Assembly: GCA_964540995.1 (NCBI GenBank)
Contig: CAZIOU010000003.1
Span: 576 to 64,575, forward strand
DNA from: an uncultured Gammaproteobacteria bacterium
GTDB taxonomy: Bacteria; Patescibacteriota; Patescibacteriia; UBA1558; 2-01-FULL-52-15
DNA length: 64,000 bases
Reading direction: 5' to 3'
Below, piece after piece: positions 1 through 9,422 of this stretch. The translations under genes and the position numbers were made by a program. A model generated the notes under the pieces. That model had not been told where the DNA came from. It made no database searches and saw only the letters and a program-made list of their open reading frames with translations. Within the stretch, counting starts at the first letter, position 1. Each line of letters begins with the position of its first letter.

Positions 1-1
1 T

Positions 2-1048
2 ATGAATATGTTGGAGTTCTTCAATCCCGAACAGAAGACCTTGGTTATCAACGAAGTGATCAATATTTTTGATAAACTGTATGATTTGCGGAAAACTGGT
101 GGTCCGATGTTTGAACAATATCTCCGCAACACCATTTTATTGATGATGGAAGATGTCGAATCAGGCTCGAGTTTGATGGAAGTTTCCAAAGTGTTGTCGG
201 ATGAAGAATTCCGTCGCTACAAATTATCCAAATCAACCAACCAAGTGATTCGTGATTTTTGGCTCAAAGAAGCACACAAAGCCGGCGGTGAAGCGGCGCT
301 GGCCAATATGGTTCCCTACGTCACGAGTAAGTTGACGCAATTTGTAGCCAACGATATAATGAGACCAATAGTTGCACAGCAACAAAGCTCTTTTAATTTC
401 CGGCAGGTGATGGACGAGAATAAAATATTATTGGTCAACTTATCCAAAGGTAAAATTGGTGAGATGAACAGTAATTTATTGGGATTGATCGTTGTCAGTA
501 AATTATTAATTGCTGCTTTGTCACGAGTTGACGAAGCGGAGGATAAACGCTCTGATTTCTATCTCTATATTGATGAATTTCAGAATTTCTTGACCGATAG
601 TATTGCTGTCATTTTGTCTGAAGCTCGGAAGTATAAGCTCAATCTCGTAGTAGCCCATCAATATATCAACCAATTAGTTAAGGATGGAGACACCAAGATA
701 CGTGATGCGGTATTTGGCAACGTTGGTACCAAAGTTGCTTTCCGTGTCGGCCCCGAGGACGCGGAATTTCTCGATAAGCAGTTTGCGCCTGTCTTCACCC
801 AGTATGATTTGATCAATATTCCCAAGCAGCAAGCCTATATTAAATTGTTAGTTGATAATCAGAATCCGCCGGCCTTCAATTTCCGTCCGGCACCACCGCA
901 GTCAGGAGATCGAAATCGTGCTACAATGATACGAGAGCTATCACGTATGAAATACGGACGGCCGAAAGAGCAAATAGAAATGGAATTACGCGCACGTGCG
1001 CAACGGCAGTCACCACCAGCGGCAGCGACAACCGCCGCAGTAAAATAA
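2..1048 (+). CDS. VirD4/TraM-recognition-domain (HerA/FtsK-like) ATPase, C-terminal part (5' truncated by window)
   Basis: Walker B LYIDEFQNF, LSEARKY, AHQY and FGNVGT motifs typical of TraG/VirD4-like proteins common in CPR. Confidence 0.8.
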   Translation: MNMLEFFNPEQKTLVINEVINIFDKLYDLRKTGGPMFEQYLRNTILLMMEDVESGSSLMEVSKVLSDEEFRRYKLSKSTNQVIRDFWLKEAHKAGGEAALANMVPYVTSKLTQFVANDIMRPIVAQQQSSFNFRQVMDENKILLVNLSKGKIGEMNSNLLGLIVVSKLLIAALSRVDEAEDKRSDFYLYIDEFQNFLTDSIAVILSEARKYKLNLVVAHQYINQLVKDGDTKIRDAVFGNVGTKVAFRVGPEDAEFLDKQFAPVFTQYDLINIPKQQAYIKLLVDNQNPPAFNFRPAPPQSGDRNRATMIRELSRMKYGRPKEQIEMELRARAQRQSPPAAATTAAVK

Positions 1049-1105
1049 AGACCACAATAAAATTGCTGACGCTTCCTTCCCCGAAGGAGACGTGAGTCAA
1101 AACAA

Positions 1106-1675
1106 ATGTCCAAAGTTAAGAAAATTCAAGAACTAGAAGACTTCATTCATCGACAGGAGTTAGAGCTTAAGAAGATGAAAGTTGTGTTAGCTGAAATGAT
1201 GGGTCAAGGATCGACTCAGGCTGTTGATTATGCTATCAAAGCCCAAGAAGTTGGTCGTGAAGCGACGAGTGATGAAGGTAAAGTCATTGAAGGTGTTTTC
1301 GATGGTCAGAATATGATTGGTCCTGATGGTAAGGTCTATTCGGTGCCGGCTAACTATGCTTCCAAGTCCAAATTGGCTGAAGGTGATATTTTGAAATTAG
1401 TCATTGACGGTCAAGGTAACTTTATCTACAAGCAGATCGGCCCCGTAGAGCGTAAACGCTTGATGGGTGTCTTGGCCCGTGATCAGGACAAAGGTGACTA
1501 TATTGTGGTTGTTGATGATCATCTGTTCCGTGTACTGACGGCTAGTATTACCTATTACAAAGGCGAAGAAGGCGACCAAGTAGTTATCCTCGTGCCCAAA
1601 GACGCGGATAGCAAGTGGGCAGCAGTGGAAAATATCATCAAACGCAGTCTTTTCCCCAACCAAAGTTACAATTAA
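1106..1675 (+). CDS. Conserved hypothetical protein (CPR-type)
   Basis: EGVFDGQNM...YSVPANYASKSKL motif recalled from a CPR-wide hypothetical family; clean 189-aa ORF. Confidence 0.65.
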   Translation: MSKVKKIQELEDFIHRQELELKKMKVVLAEMMGQGSTQAVDYAIKAQEVGREATSDEGKVIEGVFDGQNMIGPDGKVYSVPANYASKSKLAEGDILKLVIDGQGNFIYKQIGPVERKRLMGVLARDQDKGDYIVVVDDHLFRVLTASITYYKGEEGDQVVILVPKDADSKWAAVENIIKRSLFPNQSYN

Positions 1676-1744
1676 ATTGCCACCTTTTGATAGGTGTTCG
1701 GCTTGACTTGCCTAAGGCAAGTTTATTTATTACTATAGGAGTCT

Positions 1745-3238
1745 ATGGCAGTTCTCTATCGTAAATATCGACCCCAAAGTTTCAACACGGTAGTGGGTCA
1801 AAATCATATCAAAACGACGCTGGCTGGTGAGATCATGAGCGGTCATTTGGCGCACGCTTATCTTTTCGTCGGGCCGCGTGGTACCGGTAAGACGACTCTG
1901 GCGCGTCTGTTTGCTCGGGCGATCAACTGTTCCAAACGTTCGGCTGATTCGGCCGAACCATGTAATAGTTGCGAGATGTGTCAACAGATTTTGGCGGGCC
2001 GCTCAATGGATATTATGGAGATCGATGCCGCTACTCATACACAAGTTGATAATGTCCGTGAAAATATAATTGCTAATGCCCAGGTGCCACCGTACAACAG
2101 TAAGGGGTATAAGGTATTTATCATCGATGAAGTACATATGTTATCCAAGGCGGCTTTCAATGCCTTGTTGAAAACCATGGAAGAACCGCCAGAGCGAGTA
2201 GTATTCATATTAGCTACGACCGAAATTCGTAAAGTACCAGAAACCATTATTTCGCGTTGTCAGCGTTTTGATTTCAAGAAGATCCCGACTATTTCCATTA
2301 TCGAACGCTTACAGTCGATCGCCAACCAAGAGCAGATTACGGTGCCGGCGGAAGTTCTGGCTGCTGTTGCTCGCCGCTCAGAAGGTGGTATGCGTGATGC
2401 AGAATCGATACTAGGTCAAATAGTAAGTTTAGCAGAAGATAAGAAGGTGACTGAAGAAATTGCTTACCTTGTTTTACCACGCAGTAATTGGTCGGATGTG
2501 GAGATCATCCTCGACAATCTGCAGGTGCGTAATGTGCAGCAAGCACTTAAGCATTTACACCAGTTAGTTCGCGAAGGGATAGACGTTGATGATCTGGCTT
2601 CTGATCTGGTGGAGTACACGCGTCAGATATTATTGGCGCAAGTGATGGGTCTGGCCTACAGTCCCGATATTGAAGAGCAACGGATTGCTAAGATTCGTGA
2701 GCTGGCTGGCCGTTTCAGTAGCAAAGAATTGGTGCAACTATTAGAAATATTTCTGGACAAAGCAGCTGAGACCAAATCAGCGATGATACCGCAGTTACCT
2801 TTGGAATTGGGTATTGTGGAGTTTTGCCAAGACGCTATTGTTAGCTCCGAGCCTATTGTGGAGCGACCAGTTATTGAAACGACTCAGACAGCTACTATCA
2901 CCCCGACTATGAATACCAGTACCTGGATGTCTATATTAGATGCTCTGAAACCGCACAATCATTCGCTGTCAGCCTTTATGAAGGTTGGTCATCCGATTAG
3001 TTTGGATAAAAATGTATTGACCATTGGATTTGAATACGATTTTCACGCCGAGCGAGTCCGCGAAAGCAAGAATAAGCAGACAGCCCAACAAATTATCAGC
3101 GATGTGCTGGGTCAGAAGATTGCTATTGATGCAGTAGTAGATAAGAATTATCAGGCCAATCATCAGAAGTTTAATGGTGGCCAAGACAAAGAAGTAGAAG
3201 ATGTTTTGGGTGTACTGGGTGGAGGAGAGATGGTTTAA
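1745..3238 (+). CDS. dnaX: DNA polymerase III subunit gamma/tau
   Basis: LYRKYRP start, GPRGTGKT Walker A, Cys cluster, IIDEVHML, SRCQRF. Confidence 0.97.
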   Translation: MAVLYRKYRPQSFNTVVGQNHIKTTLAGEIMSGHLAHAYLFVGPRGTGKTTLARLFARAINCSKRSADSAEPCNSCEMCQQILAGRSMDIMEIDAATHTQVDNVRENIIANAQVPPYNSKGYKVFIIDEVHMLSKAAFNALLKTMEEPPERVVFILATTEIRKVPETIISRCQRFDFKKIPTISIIERLQSIANQEQITVPAEVLAAVARRSEGGMRDAESILGQIVSLAEDKKVTEEIAYLVLPRSNWSDVEIILDNLQVRNVQQALKHLHQLVREGIDVDDLASDLVEYTRQILLAQVMGLAYSPDIEEQRIAKIRELAGRFSSKELVQLLEIFLDKAAETKSAMIPQLPLELGIVEFCQDAIVSSEPIVERPVIETTQTATITPTMNTSTWMSILDALKPHNHSLSAFMKVGHPISLDKNVLTIGFEYDFHAERVRESKNKQTAQQIISDVLGQKIAIDAVVDKNYQANHQKFNGGQDKEVEDVLGVLGGGEMV

Positions 3239-3369
3239 TAAACTAGGCTTTAGGCGTTAGGTTTTTAGTTGTAGGACGTAGGGAAATCGTTACAGCAATA
3301 AATTTTTGTAAATGAATAGAGGAGCTCCGAATGGATGCTCCTCTATATGTTGGCCGTATTCGGCCAGCG

Positions 3370-3561
3370 CTATTGCGTGAACTGGTAGCCGTTGGGCGGG
3401 GTGACGCGGGCCGTGTCGCATTGAGCAGCGACGGTCTGGGTGGCCAAGTTTCTGGCCGCCAGACGCTCCTTCCCGATCTTGCCGGCTTCATGCATGACGA
3501 AGGCGCCGACAGCCATGATAACCAGGAAGAAAATCAAACCGGCTTCATTTTCGTCGATCAT
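3370..3561 (-). CDS. Small hypothetical membrane protein
   Basis: One TM segment; AAGGA SD-like sequence and TTGACA-17-TAATAT promoter upstream. Confidence 0.45.
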   Translation of the reverse strand: MIDENEAGLIFFLVIMAVGAFVMHEAGKIGKERLAARNLATQTVAAQCDTARVTPPNGYQFTQ

Positions 3562-3652
3562 GTCGAGATCCTTTCTGATCAATGCCTAGCGAAACGGCTA
3601 GTTCGTGTACTAATTACTACATATTAGCACGATTATGTTTATTTGTCAAGTG

Positions 3653-4075
3653 TTACTTCAACGTCATCAATATTGCCCCGCCAGTTATCAACAGGGCGCC
3701 GATGGCAGAGTACCAGGATAATTTCTCACCCAAGAAGACTACGGCTAAGATCAGGACGAAGACGACACTCAGTCGGTCAAGTGCGGCTACCCCAGATGCA
3801 GGGCCAGCTTTGAGTGCGTTGAAATAGAACAGCCACGATAGCGCGCCGGCGACTCCGGCCAGGATGATATAGAGCCACGCTTTGCCTTGAATAGTATGGA
3901 GTTGTTGAAATTTATTCAATGACAGAGCAACTATCGTCAGGAATATGGCCATGATGATCGAGCGAACTGTCGTTGCTAAGGTAGTATCGATATTTTTGAT
4001 ACCCAGTTTACCGAAGATGGCTACTCCCGCGGCTGATATGGCCGATAGAAGTGCATAGATGATCCAGAGAGACAT
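3653..4075 (-). CDS. EamA/DMT-family transporter
   Basis: About 5 TM helices; ALKAGPASGVAALDRLS and FLGEKLS motifs. Confidence 0.9.
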   Translation of the reverse strand: MSLWIIYALLSAISAAGVAIFGKLGIKNIDTTLATTVRSIIMAIFLTIVALSLNKFQQLHTIQGKAWLYIILAGVAGALSWLFYFNALKAGPASGVAALDRLSVVFVLILAVVFLGEKLSWYSAIGALLITGGAILMTLK

Positions 4076-4165
4076 ACTATTAGTATAAGGTATTTGGTAT
4101 AAAGTATAAAGTTCACCCCGTTAGATTTGAAGATATCTAGCGGGGTGACTTAGTCATAGACCGTA

Positions 4166-4193
4166 TTGACGTCAGTGTTGAATGATTTATAAT
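4166..4193 (+). promoter_or_regulatory. Sigma70-like promoter
   Basis: TTGACG-16 nt-TATAAT upstream of ORF 4228. Confidence 0.6.
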
Positions 4194-4227
4194 ACTGAAA
4201 ACAGGGGCTAATTACTAAAGCATAATT

Positions 4228-4572
4228 ATGCCAAAGAAACGTCAAAACACTATTACCCTTAATCAATTGGCCACCCTCATCAAAGGGGTTGAACAATCAG
4301 TAAGGGGTGATATATCGGGTATTAAAGGTGAGCTCAAAAATTTAAATAGTAGGGTCGATGAGGGGCTTACTAAGACCACTAAAACCTACCATACCCTAAA
4401 TGATTTAGCTTTGATGATCAAAAAGGGTTTTGACGCCACACCCACGAGGGAAGAAATGAATCACAGATTTAATCAAGTTGATAAACGATTTGATGCGGTA
4501 GAGAAGCGATTAACCAGCTTGGAGCAAAATAATTCCATCGTTCAGCGTGTCAAAGATGCATTAGCATTATAA
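4228..4572 (+). CDS. Hypothetical coiled-coil protein
   Basis: TLNDLALMIKKGF and RFNQVDKRFDAVEKRL heptad pattern. Confidence 0.65.
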   Translation: MPKKRQNTITLNQLATLIKGVEQSVRGDISGIKGELKNLNSRVDEGLTKTTKTYHTLNDLALMIKKGFDATPTREEMNHRFNQVDKRFDAVEKRLTSLEQNNSIVQRVKDALAL

Positions 4573-4674
4573 TAATTTATGAAAACCCGAAGAGTTTGCG
4601 TTAGCCTTCGGGTTTTTTATTTCCTTGTACAGGAAAGATTAATTCATGGTATAATAAGCCTGTTAAAATCTGTT

Positions 4675-6453
4675 GTGACGAAAACAAAAATACAACTGAT
4701 CTCTTCTTGGAAACAGTTTGCTGCCTTAGCTTTCGTAGCTGCGGTGGTTGTTCTATTTCCGCATAGTAGTCACGCCGCTTCACTCTACATAAGCCCTTCA
4801 TCCGGCAAGATTAGTGCCGATGGTAACATTACCGTCGGTGTTTATGTTAATAGCGAAGGTCGTGCAGTCAATAATGCCGAGGGTACCATTAGCTTCCCCG
4901 AAGATACCTTAGAAGTTATCTCGCTCAATCGAGCTGGATCAATCCTGTCTATTTGGGTTGAAGAACCAAATTTTTCCAATGATTCTGGTCGTATTTCTTT
5001 TAACGGTGGTTTACCAACGCCAGGATTCAATGGTACTGGCGGTAAGATTTTTTCAGTCACCTTTCACGCCAAGAAGTCGGGGAGCGCTTTGCTTTCATTC
5101 CCAGCTGCTTCTGTCTTGGCCAATGACGGTCTTGGCACTAATGTACTAAGTGGCACGGGTAGCGCTAATTTCACCATTGATGGCGGCACACCTCCTCCAG
5201 CCGAGACTCCGCCACCAGCACCAGTCACACCTCCAGTGACACCGCCAGCAGAAACTCCTCCAGTTAATAGCAATGTGCCACGAGCGCCATTGGTAAGCTC
5301 TGGTTCACATCCAGATCAGAATAGTTGGTACAACCAAAGTACGGCTTCTTTCCGTTGGGTGTTGCCTTCCGGCATAACTTCAGCACGTACTAAGATCAAT
5401 CAAGAAGCCAACTTCACTCCGACCGTAACCTATAGTCCAGCTATCAGTTCCAAATCAGTTAGTGATATTACTGACGGTGTGTGGTATTTCCATGTACAAT
5501 TACGCAATCAAGCTGGTTGGGGCGGTATAGCTCACTATCGTATTCAGGTTGACACGACTGCGCCCAAACCATTCGACATTCTGTTGCAAGATGGTGGATC
5601 GACGAGTAAGCCGGTAATTACTTTCGCGGCACAAGATGATGTCTCTGGTGTCGATCATTATGATGTTATTATCGACAAAGGTAATCCGATACGCGTCACC
5701 GAAAGTACTTACACTCTAGATTCTTTGGCCAGCGGTAGCCATAACGTAGAGGTACGTGCTTATGATCGTGCGGGTAATGTCACTACTAGTACCAAAGATA
5801 TCTCGATACTTTCAGTTTCTAGTCCGATCATCACCGATTACAGTCGTGAAGTAGAGTCAGGAGCTAAGATTGATGTCAGAGGAACGGCACTTGCTAATGT
5901 AACGATCAAAGTCTATATCCAACGCGATGGTCTGACGATTAGCAGTCGTGAGGTTAAGAGTGACGCTCAAGGTAATTGGTCATCAAGCGACAAAGCGCCG
6001 AGTGAACGTGGTGCCTATGAATTGTGGGCGGAAGCTATCGATGCTGCGGGAGTCAAGAGTGCACCATCGGATAAGTTAGCATTAACAGTCACCCTACCAA
6101 TCTTCGTCCGCATCGGTCAATTAGCAGTTGATTATCTGACTACTGTTGTTACCTTGATATTCTTAGTCATACTATTGTGCTTGATAATCATCTTCTTGAG
6201 CCGTAAGTTCTGGTTATGGCACAAACGTAGCTCGACTGATGTGCGTTATATCGAGCAAAGTGTCGAGACCGCTTTCCGAGCGTTGAGTACCAAGATTAAT
6301 GAACAGATAGAATATCTTGATGGCAAGTCCGGTCTGACCAAAGATGAACGGCGGGTTCGTGACCGCTTACAACAGGCCTTGGGTGTCTGTGAAAGTTTCA
6401 TTACGAAGCGCGTCAAGAAGCTGAGCAGCAAGAGTCGTAAAGGTCGTTCCTAG
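4675..6453 (+). CDS. Secreted, membrane-anchored cohesin-domain/Ig-like protein
   Basis: Signal peptide (SSHA-A), cohesin-like N-domain, Pro-rich linker, Ig-like repeats, C-terminal TM; start uncertain (ORF opens at 4579, GTG 4675 follows a TGGTATAAT -10). Confidence 0.8.
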   Translation: MTKTKIQLISSWKQFAALAFVAAVVVLFPHSSHAASLYISPSSGKISADGNITVGVYVNSEGRAVNNAEGTISFPEDTLEVISLNRAGSILSIWVEEPNFSNDSGRISFNGGLPTPGFNGTGGKIFSVTFHAKKSGSALLSFPAASVLANDGLGTNVLSGTGSANFTIDGGTPPPAETPPPAPVTPPVTPPAETPPVNSNVPRAPLVSSGSHPDQNSWYNQSTASFRWVLPSGITSARTKINQEANFTPTVTYSPAISSKSVSDITDGVWYFHVQLRNQAGWGGIAHYRIQVDTTAPKPFDILLQDGGSTSKPVITFAAQDDVSGVDHYDVIIDKGNPIRVTESTYTLDSLASGSHNVEVRAYDRAGNVTTSTKDISILSVSSPIITDYSREVESGAKIDVRGTALANVTIKVYIQRDGLTISSREVKSDAQGNWSSSDKAPSERGAYELWAEAIDAAGVKSAPSDKLALTVTLPIFVRIGQLAVDYLTTVVTLIFLVILLCLIIIFLSRKFWLWHKRSSTDVRYIEQSVETAFRALSTKINEQIEYLDGKSGLTKDERRVRDRLQQALGVCESFITKRVKKLSSKSRKGRS

Positions 6454-6560
6454 TTAGAGCTCATCGAGACCCCCGTAAGGGGGTCTTTTGGGTAGTGTAA
6501 TAATAGGTCGTATCGTACGTCTTCAATAGTAGCGAACTTATAATTTATCAATATTAACCT

Positions 6561-7052
6561 ATGAAACGAGCTATTATTTCCATCCTTGTCACTATTGTGG
6601 CTTTGGGCGGAATCATCTATTTTGGTTATCAGAGCAGCTGGTGGCAGAATCCGTCACCAACCGCCGTAGTGCCAGAAGCCGAAGTAAAAACCCCTGTTGT
6701 CGAGGCTGCCAGTACTAAAGTGGTTTCACAGAAAAATAAAGAAGAAAAAGATTTTAATAAGAAAACCTACCAACAGTTAGTAGCAGAGTACAAAGGTCGT
6801 AGATTTCAAATTCAGGATTGTACCTCAACTCCTAACCAAGTTACTTTCAAGAGCGGTACCACCATCATGTTAGATGGTTTCTCCGCCGATCCACAGAAGA
6901 TAACTATCGGGACTCAATCGGTGGTTTTGAACGGTTATGACGTAGCCTTCATGACATTGAAGAGTACCAAATTACCGACAACGTTGACGATTGATTGTCT
7001 CTGGCTTGATCAACCTCAATACAATATAGCGACTATTTTACTCCAAGCCTAA
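6561..7052 (+). CDS. Hypothetical protein with N-terminal membrane anchor
   Basis: Hydrophobic N-terminus; 163-aa ORF. Confidence 0.6.
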   Translation: MKRAIISILVTIVALGGIIYFGYQSSWWQNPSPTAVVPEAEVKTPVVEAASTKVVSQKNKEEKDFNKKTYQQLVAEYKGRRFQIQDCTSTPNQVTFKSGTTIMLDGFSADPQKITIGTQSVVLNGYDVAFMTLKSTKLPTTLTIDCLWLDQPQYNIATILLQA

Positions 7053-7056
7053 TACC

Positions 7057-7090
7057 AAAACCACCTAGTTGAATGACTAGGTGGTTTTTT
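7057..7090. terminator. Bidirectional intrinsic terminator
   Basis: AAAACCACCTAGT...ACTAGGTGGTTTTTT between convergent genes. Confidence 0.75.
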
Positions 7091-7099
7091 AGTTGGCAA

Positions 7100-7318
7100 T
7101 TATTTCTTACTACTGTGACTGGCAATCCAGTACCATAAGGTAGCTGCAGCCATGAAGTAGAGGAAGAACGGGTAGAGCAGATCAGTGACAGAGTGGGCGT
7201 TACGATTGAGCGCCAGAAATACGTTGATGATAAACAGTAAAGGCAAGATGGTTACTACCCAGCCCATTATTGAAATAGGGCAGTAGAGCCAACCGCACGA
7301 TTTGAACCAAGGTTTCAT
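7100..7318 (-). CDS. Small hypothetical membrane protein
   Basis: Two TM segments; follows pyrD co-directionally. Confidence 0.6.
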   Translation of the reverse strand: MKPWFKSCGWLYCPISIMGWVVTILPLLFIINVFLALNRNAHSVTDLLYPFFLYFMAAATLWYWIASHSSKK

Positions 7319-7336
7319 AGTACTGGAAGTATAGGC

Positions 7337-8461
7337 TTATATGGCATCGACGCCAATGGCCTGATGAATATTGTTGTAGCCATCTCGTCGTAGGAGTTCA
7401 ACTAAGCCATCATTAATTTGACCTGGCAGTTGTGGGCCTTGAAATATAAGGCCAGTGATTAATTGGATCAAGCTGGCTCCTAATTTGATTTTGGTATAAG
7501 CATCTTTAGCTGAGAAGACACCGCCACAGCCGATGATGATTAGTTGTTGGCCGTATTTCTGATAGGTTAACTTGATCAACTCATTGGAACGGTTCCAGGT
7601 TGGTTTACCACTAAAATTGCCTATTGGATATTTAGCTAGTTCTGCGGGTACGAATTCTGGTACGGTTCGATCTTTTTGTAAATTACCGATGATAACACCA
7701 GCGATTGGGAACTGACTGATGACTTCAACCATGGCTAACGTTTCCTCGTCATTTTTTTCAATCGGCATTTTGATGAACAGTGCCTTGGTCAGGTTCAAGG
7801 CCGTAACAGCGGCCAGTAATTCGCGCAGTCGCTCCGGTTCGTAGAAGCTGATATTACCGATCAGATTGGGACAGCTGATATTTAGTTCGTAATAACTAAA
7901 GGGGATAGAGGAAGCTTCAGTTTGGCGAAAGGAGGCGATGATATCTTCGATGGCTTGTTCTTGGGTCATGGCCTCGTTGGTATTAGTTTTTCCGATACTG
8001 ATACCGACCGGGTGATTGAATTGAAGTGGCTGCAATTTGGTTAAGGTCTTGCCGATACCACCATTCTTATAGCCCTTGTTGACCATTAGCGATCGTGAGC
8101 GTACCAGACGTCCCAGACGAGGCTTAGGATTGCCCTCATAGGCCTTCTGGGTGATGGTGCCGATACTTCCGAAGCCAAAGCCCATGCTGGGTAGTATTTG
8201 TGTCAGCTGAGCCAGATAATCAAATCCTGCTGATAATCCAATGGGATTAGCGAAGTGAATACCGGCAATAGTTTGTTCTAGTGATTTGTCCTTAACTTGC
8301 CACAGACCTGCCAATATCCGACGCATTATTTTTGACCGGCCCATAAGTTCACCTTGACTGACAAGGAATTCATGGATTGTTTCGGAATCAAATGAGAAAA
8401 AAACCGGGCGAATAATGTAACGGTATTTCCAAGCAAAGATACGCAGGAAAAGATGTTTCAT
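7337..8461 (-). CDS. pyrD: Dihydroorotate dehydrogenase (quinone-type, class 2)
   Basis: NPIGLSAGFD, GNPKPRL, ELNISCPN, FSGKP, IGCGGV, GASLIQL motifs. Confidence 0.92.
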   Translation of the reverse strand: MKHLFLRIFAWKYRYIIRPVFFSFDSETIHEFLVSQGELMGRSKIMRRILAGLWQVKDKSLEQTIAGIHFANPIGLSAGFDYLAQLTQILPSMGFGFGSIGTITQKAYEGNPKPRLGRLVRSRSLMVNKGYKNGGIGKTLTKLQPLQFNHPVGISIGKTNTNEAMTQEQAIEDIIASFRQTEASSIPFSYYELNISCPNLIGNISFYEPERLRELLAAVTALNLTKALFIKMPIEKNDEETLAMVEVISQFPIAGVIIGNLQKDRTVPEFVPAELAKYPIGNFSGKPTWNRSNELIKLTYQKYGQQLIIIGCGGVFSAKDAYTKIKLGASLIQLITGLIFQGPQLPGQINDGLVELLRRDGYNNIHQAIGVDAI

Positions 8462-8553
8462 ATTGAACTAATATGGCAGAAATAAGGGATAAAATCAACT
8501 GACAATCTCATTGACAATAAGACTAAATAATTGTATCTTTTCCTAGCAAATAT

Positions 8554-8630
8554 TCGGGGATCGCCACCCTTCGCTAAAGCTTCGGGCGGCAGGTCTAATG
8601 GTAGCCCACCAGAGGCGGGCAGGGACGACA
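8554..8630 (+). pseudogene. tRNA-Gln 5' fragment interrupted by two palindromic inserts
   Basis: Removing 8564-8593 and 8605-8623 gives TCGGGGATCGTCTAATGGTAGGACGACA, identical to the tRNA-Gln 5' end. Confidence 0.8.
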
Positions 8631-8634
8631 CGCG

Positions 8635-8767
8635 CGAGAATTGTATTTAAAGTCAGGTATTGGCAGAGAAGAGAAACAAAAAATTATTACTTACTCGGGG
8701 ATCGTCTAATGGTAGGACGACAGGTTCTCCTGCCTGCCGGCAGGCAGGGGTCCTTCAAAGGGTTCGA
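8635..8767 (+). pseudogene. GIY-YIG 3' remnant plus second tRNA-Gln fragment with palindrome in anticodon loop
   Basis: 8638-8728 repeats 8968-9058 with 2 mismatches; CCTGCCTGCCGGCAGGCAGG inserted at 8729-8748. Confidence 0.8.
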
Positions 8768-8778
8768 TGGAGTTTAAA

Positions 8779-9039
8779 ATGAAACACTGGGTATATATTC
8801 TGATAAGTGAGACTACAAAGAATTGGTCATATGTAGGTAGTACTTCAAACTTGCAAGAACGCCTATATAGACATAGTATTGGTAGGGTTAGTTCTACGAA
8901 AAGCAAGAGACCGTTGAAATGTATTTACAGTGAGATTCATTCTGACAGAACGCAGGCTTATAAACGGGAATTGTATTTAAAGTCGGGTATTGGTAGAGAA
9001 GAGAAACAAAAAATTATTACTTACTCGGGGATCGTCTAA
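8779..9039 (+). CDS. Small GIY-YIG nuclease-family protein
   Basis: WVYIL...SYVGST..LQERL..H and REL.LKSG motifs; stop codon lies within the tRNA D-arm. Confidence 0.88.
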   Translation: MKHWVYILISETTKNWSYVGSTSNLQERLYRHSIGRVSSTKSKRPLKCIYSEIHSDRTQAYKRELYLKSGIGREEKQKIITYSGIV

Positions 9040-9098
9040 TGGTAGGACGACAGGTTCTGGTCCTGTTAATTGGGGTTCGAGTCCCTATCCCCGAACCA
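9025..9098 (+). tRNA. tRNA-Gln (anticodon CTG)
   Basis: Acceptor TCGGGGA/TCCCCGA, anticodon arm ACAGG-TTCTGGT-CCTGT, T-loop TTCGAGT, encoded CCA. Confidence 0.96.
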
Positions 9099-9166
9099 CC
9101 AGCCAGAGGCTGGTAAGGCGCGGCTACAAGGTAACTACTTTTCATTTAAATTATTATCAAAACTTT

Positions 9167-9304
9167 TAGGGACTCGAACCCGGGAAGGGGTCGGGAAACG
9201 GGAGTTTCCCGTGGCGGAAGTACTGAAACCGAAGGGTTTCAGAATCACGCTTTAGCGTGATTGGGTTCTAGGAGTGAAACGACGGAGTCCCTATCCCCGA
9301 ACCA
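9167..9304 (+). repeat. Structured element bounded by inverted and direct copies of the tRNA 3' end
   Basis: TAGGGACTCGAACC (reverse complement of T-arm) at 9167; GAGTCCCTATCCCCGAACCA at 9285-9304; internal hairpins. Confidence 0.7.
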
Positions 9305-9422
9305 CCCTGCGTCGTCCAAAGACGACTTCGGGTGGCCTCTGGCCATCCGACAACCGAAGGTTGTGCAGGGTAGTAACCCGAAGCTTTAAAGCGAAGGGTT
9401 ACAGGTTAGCAATTTATACATA

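Noticed and set aside
4166-4193. Apparent preference for 16-bp promoter spacers
   Set aside because: Four cases have 16 bp but others have 17 bp; the sample is too small.
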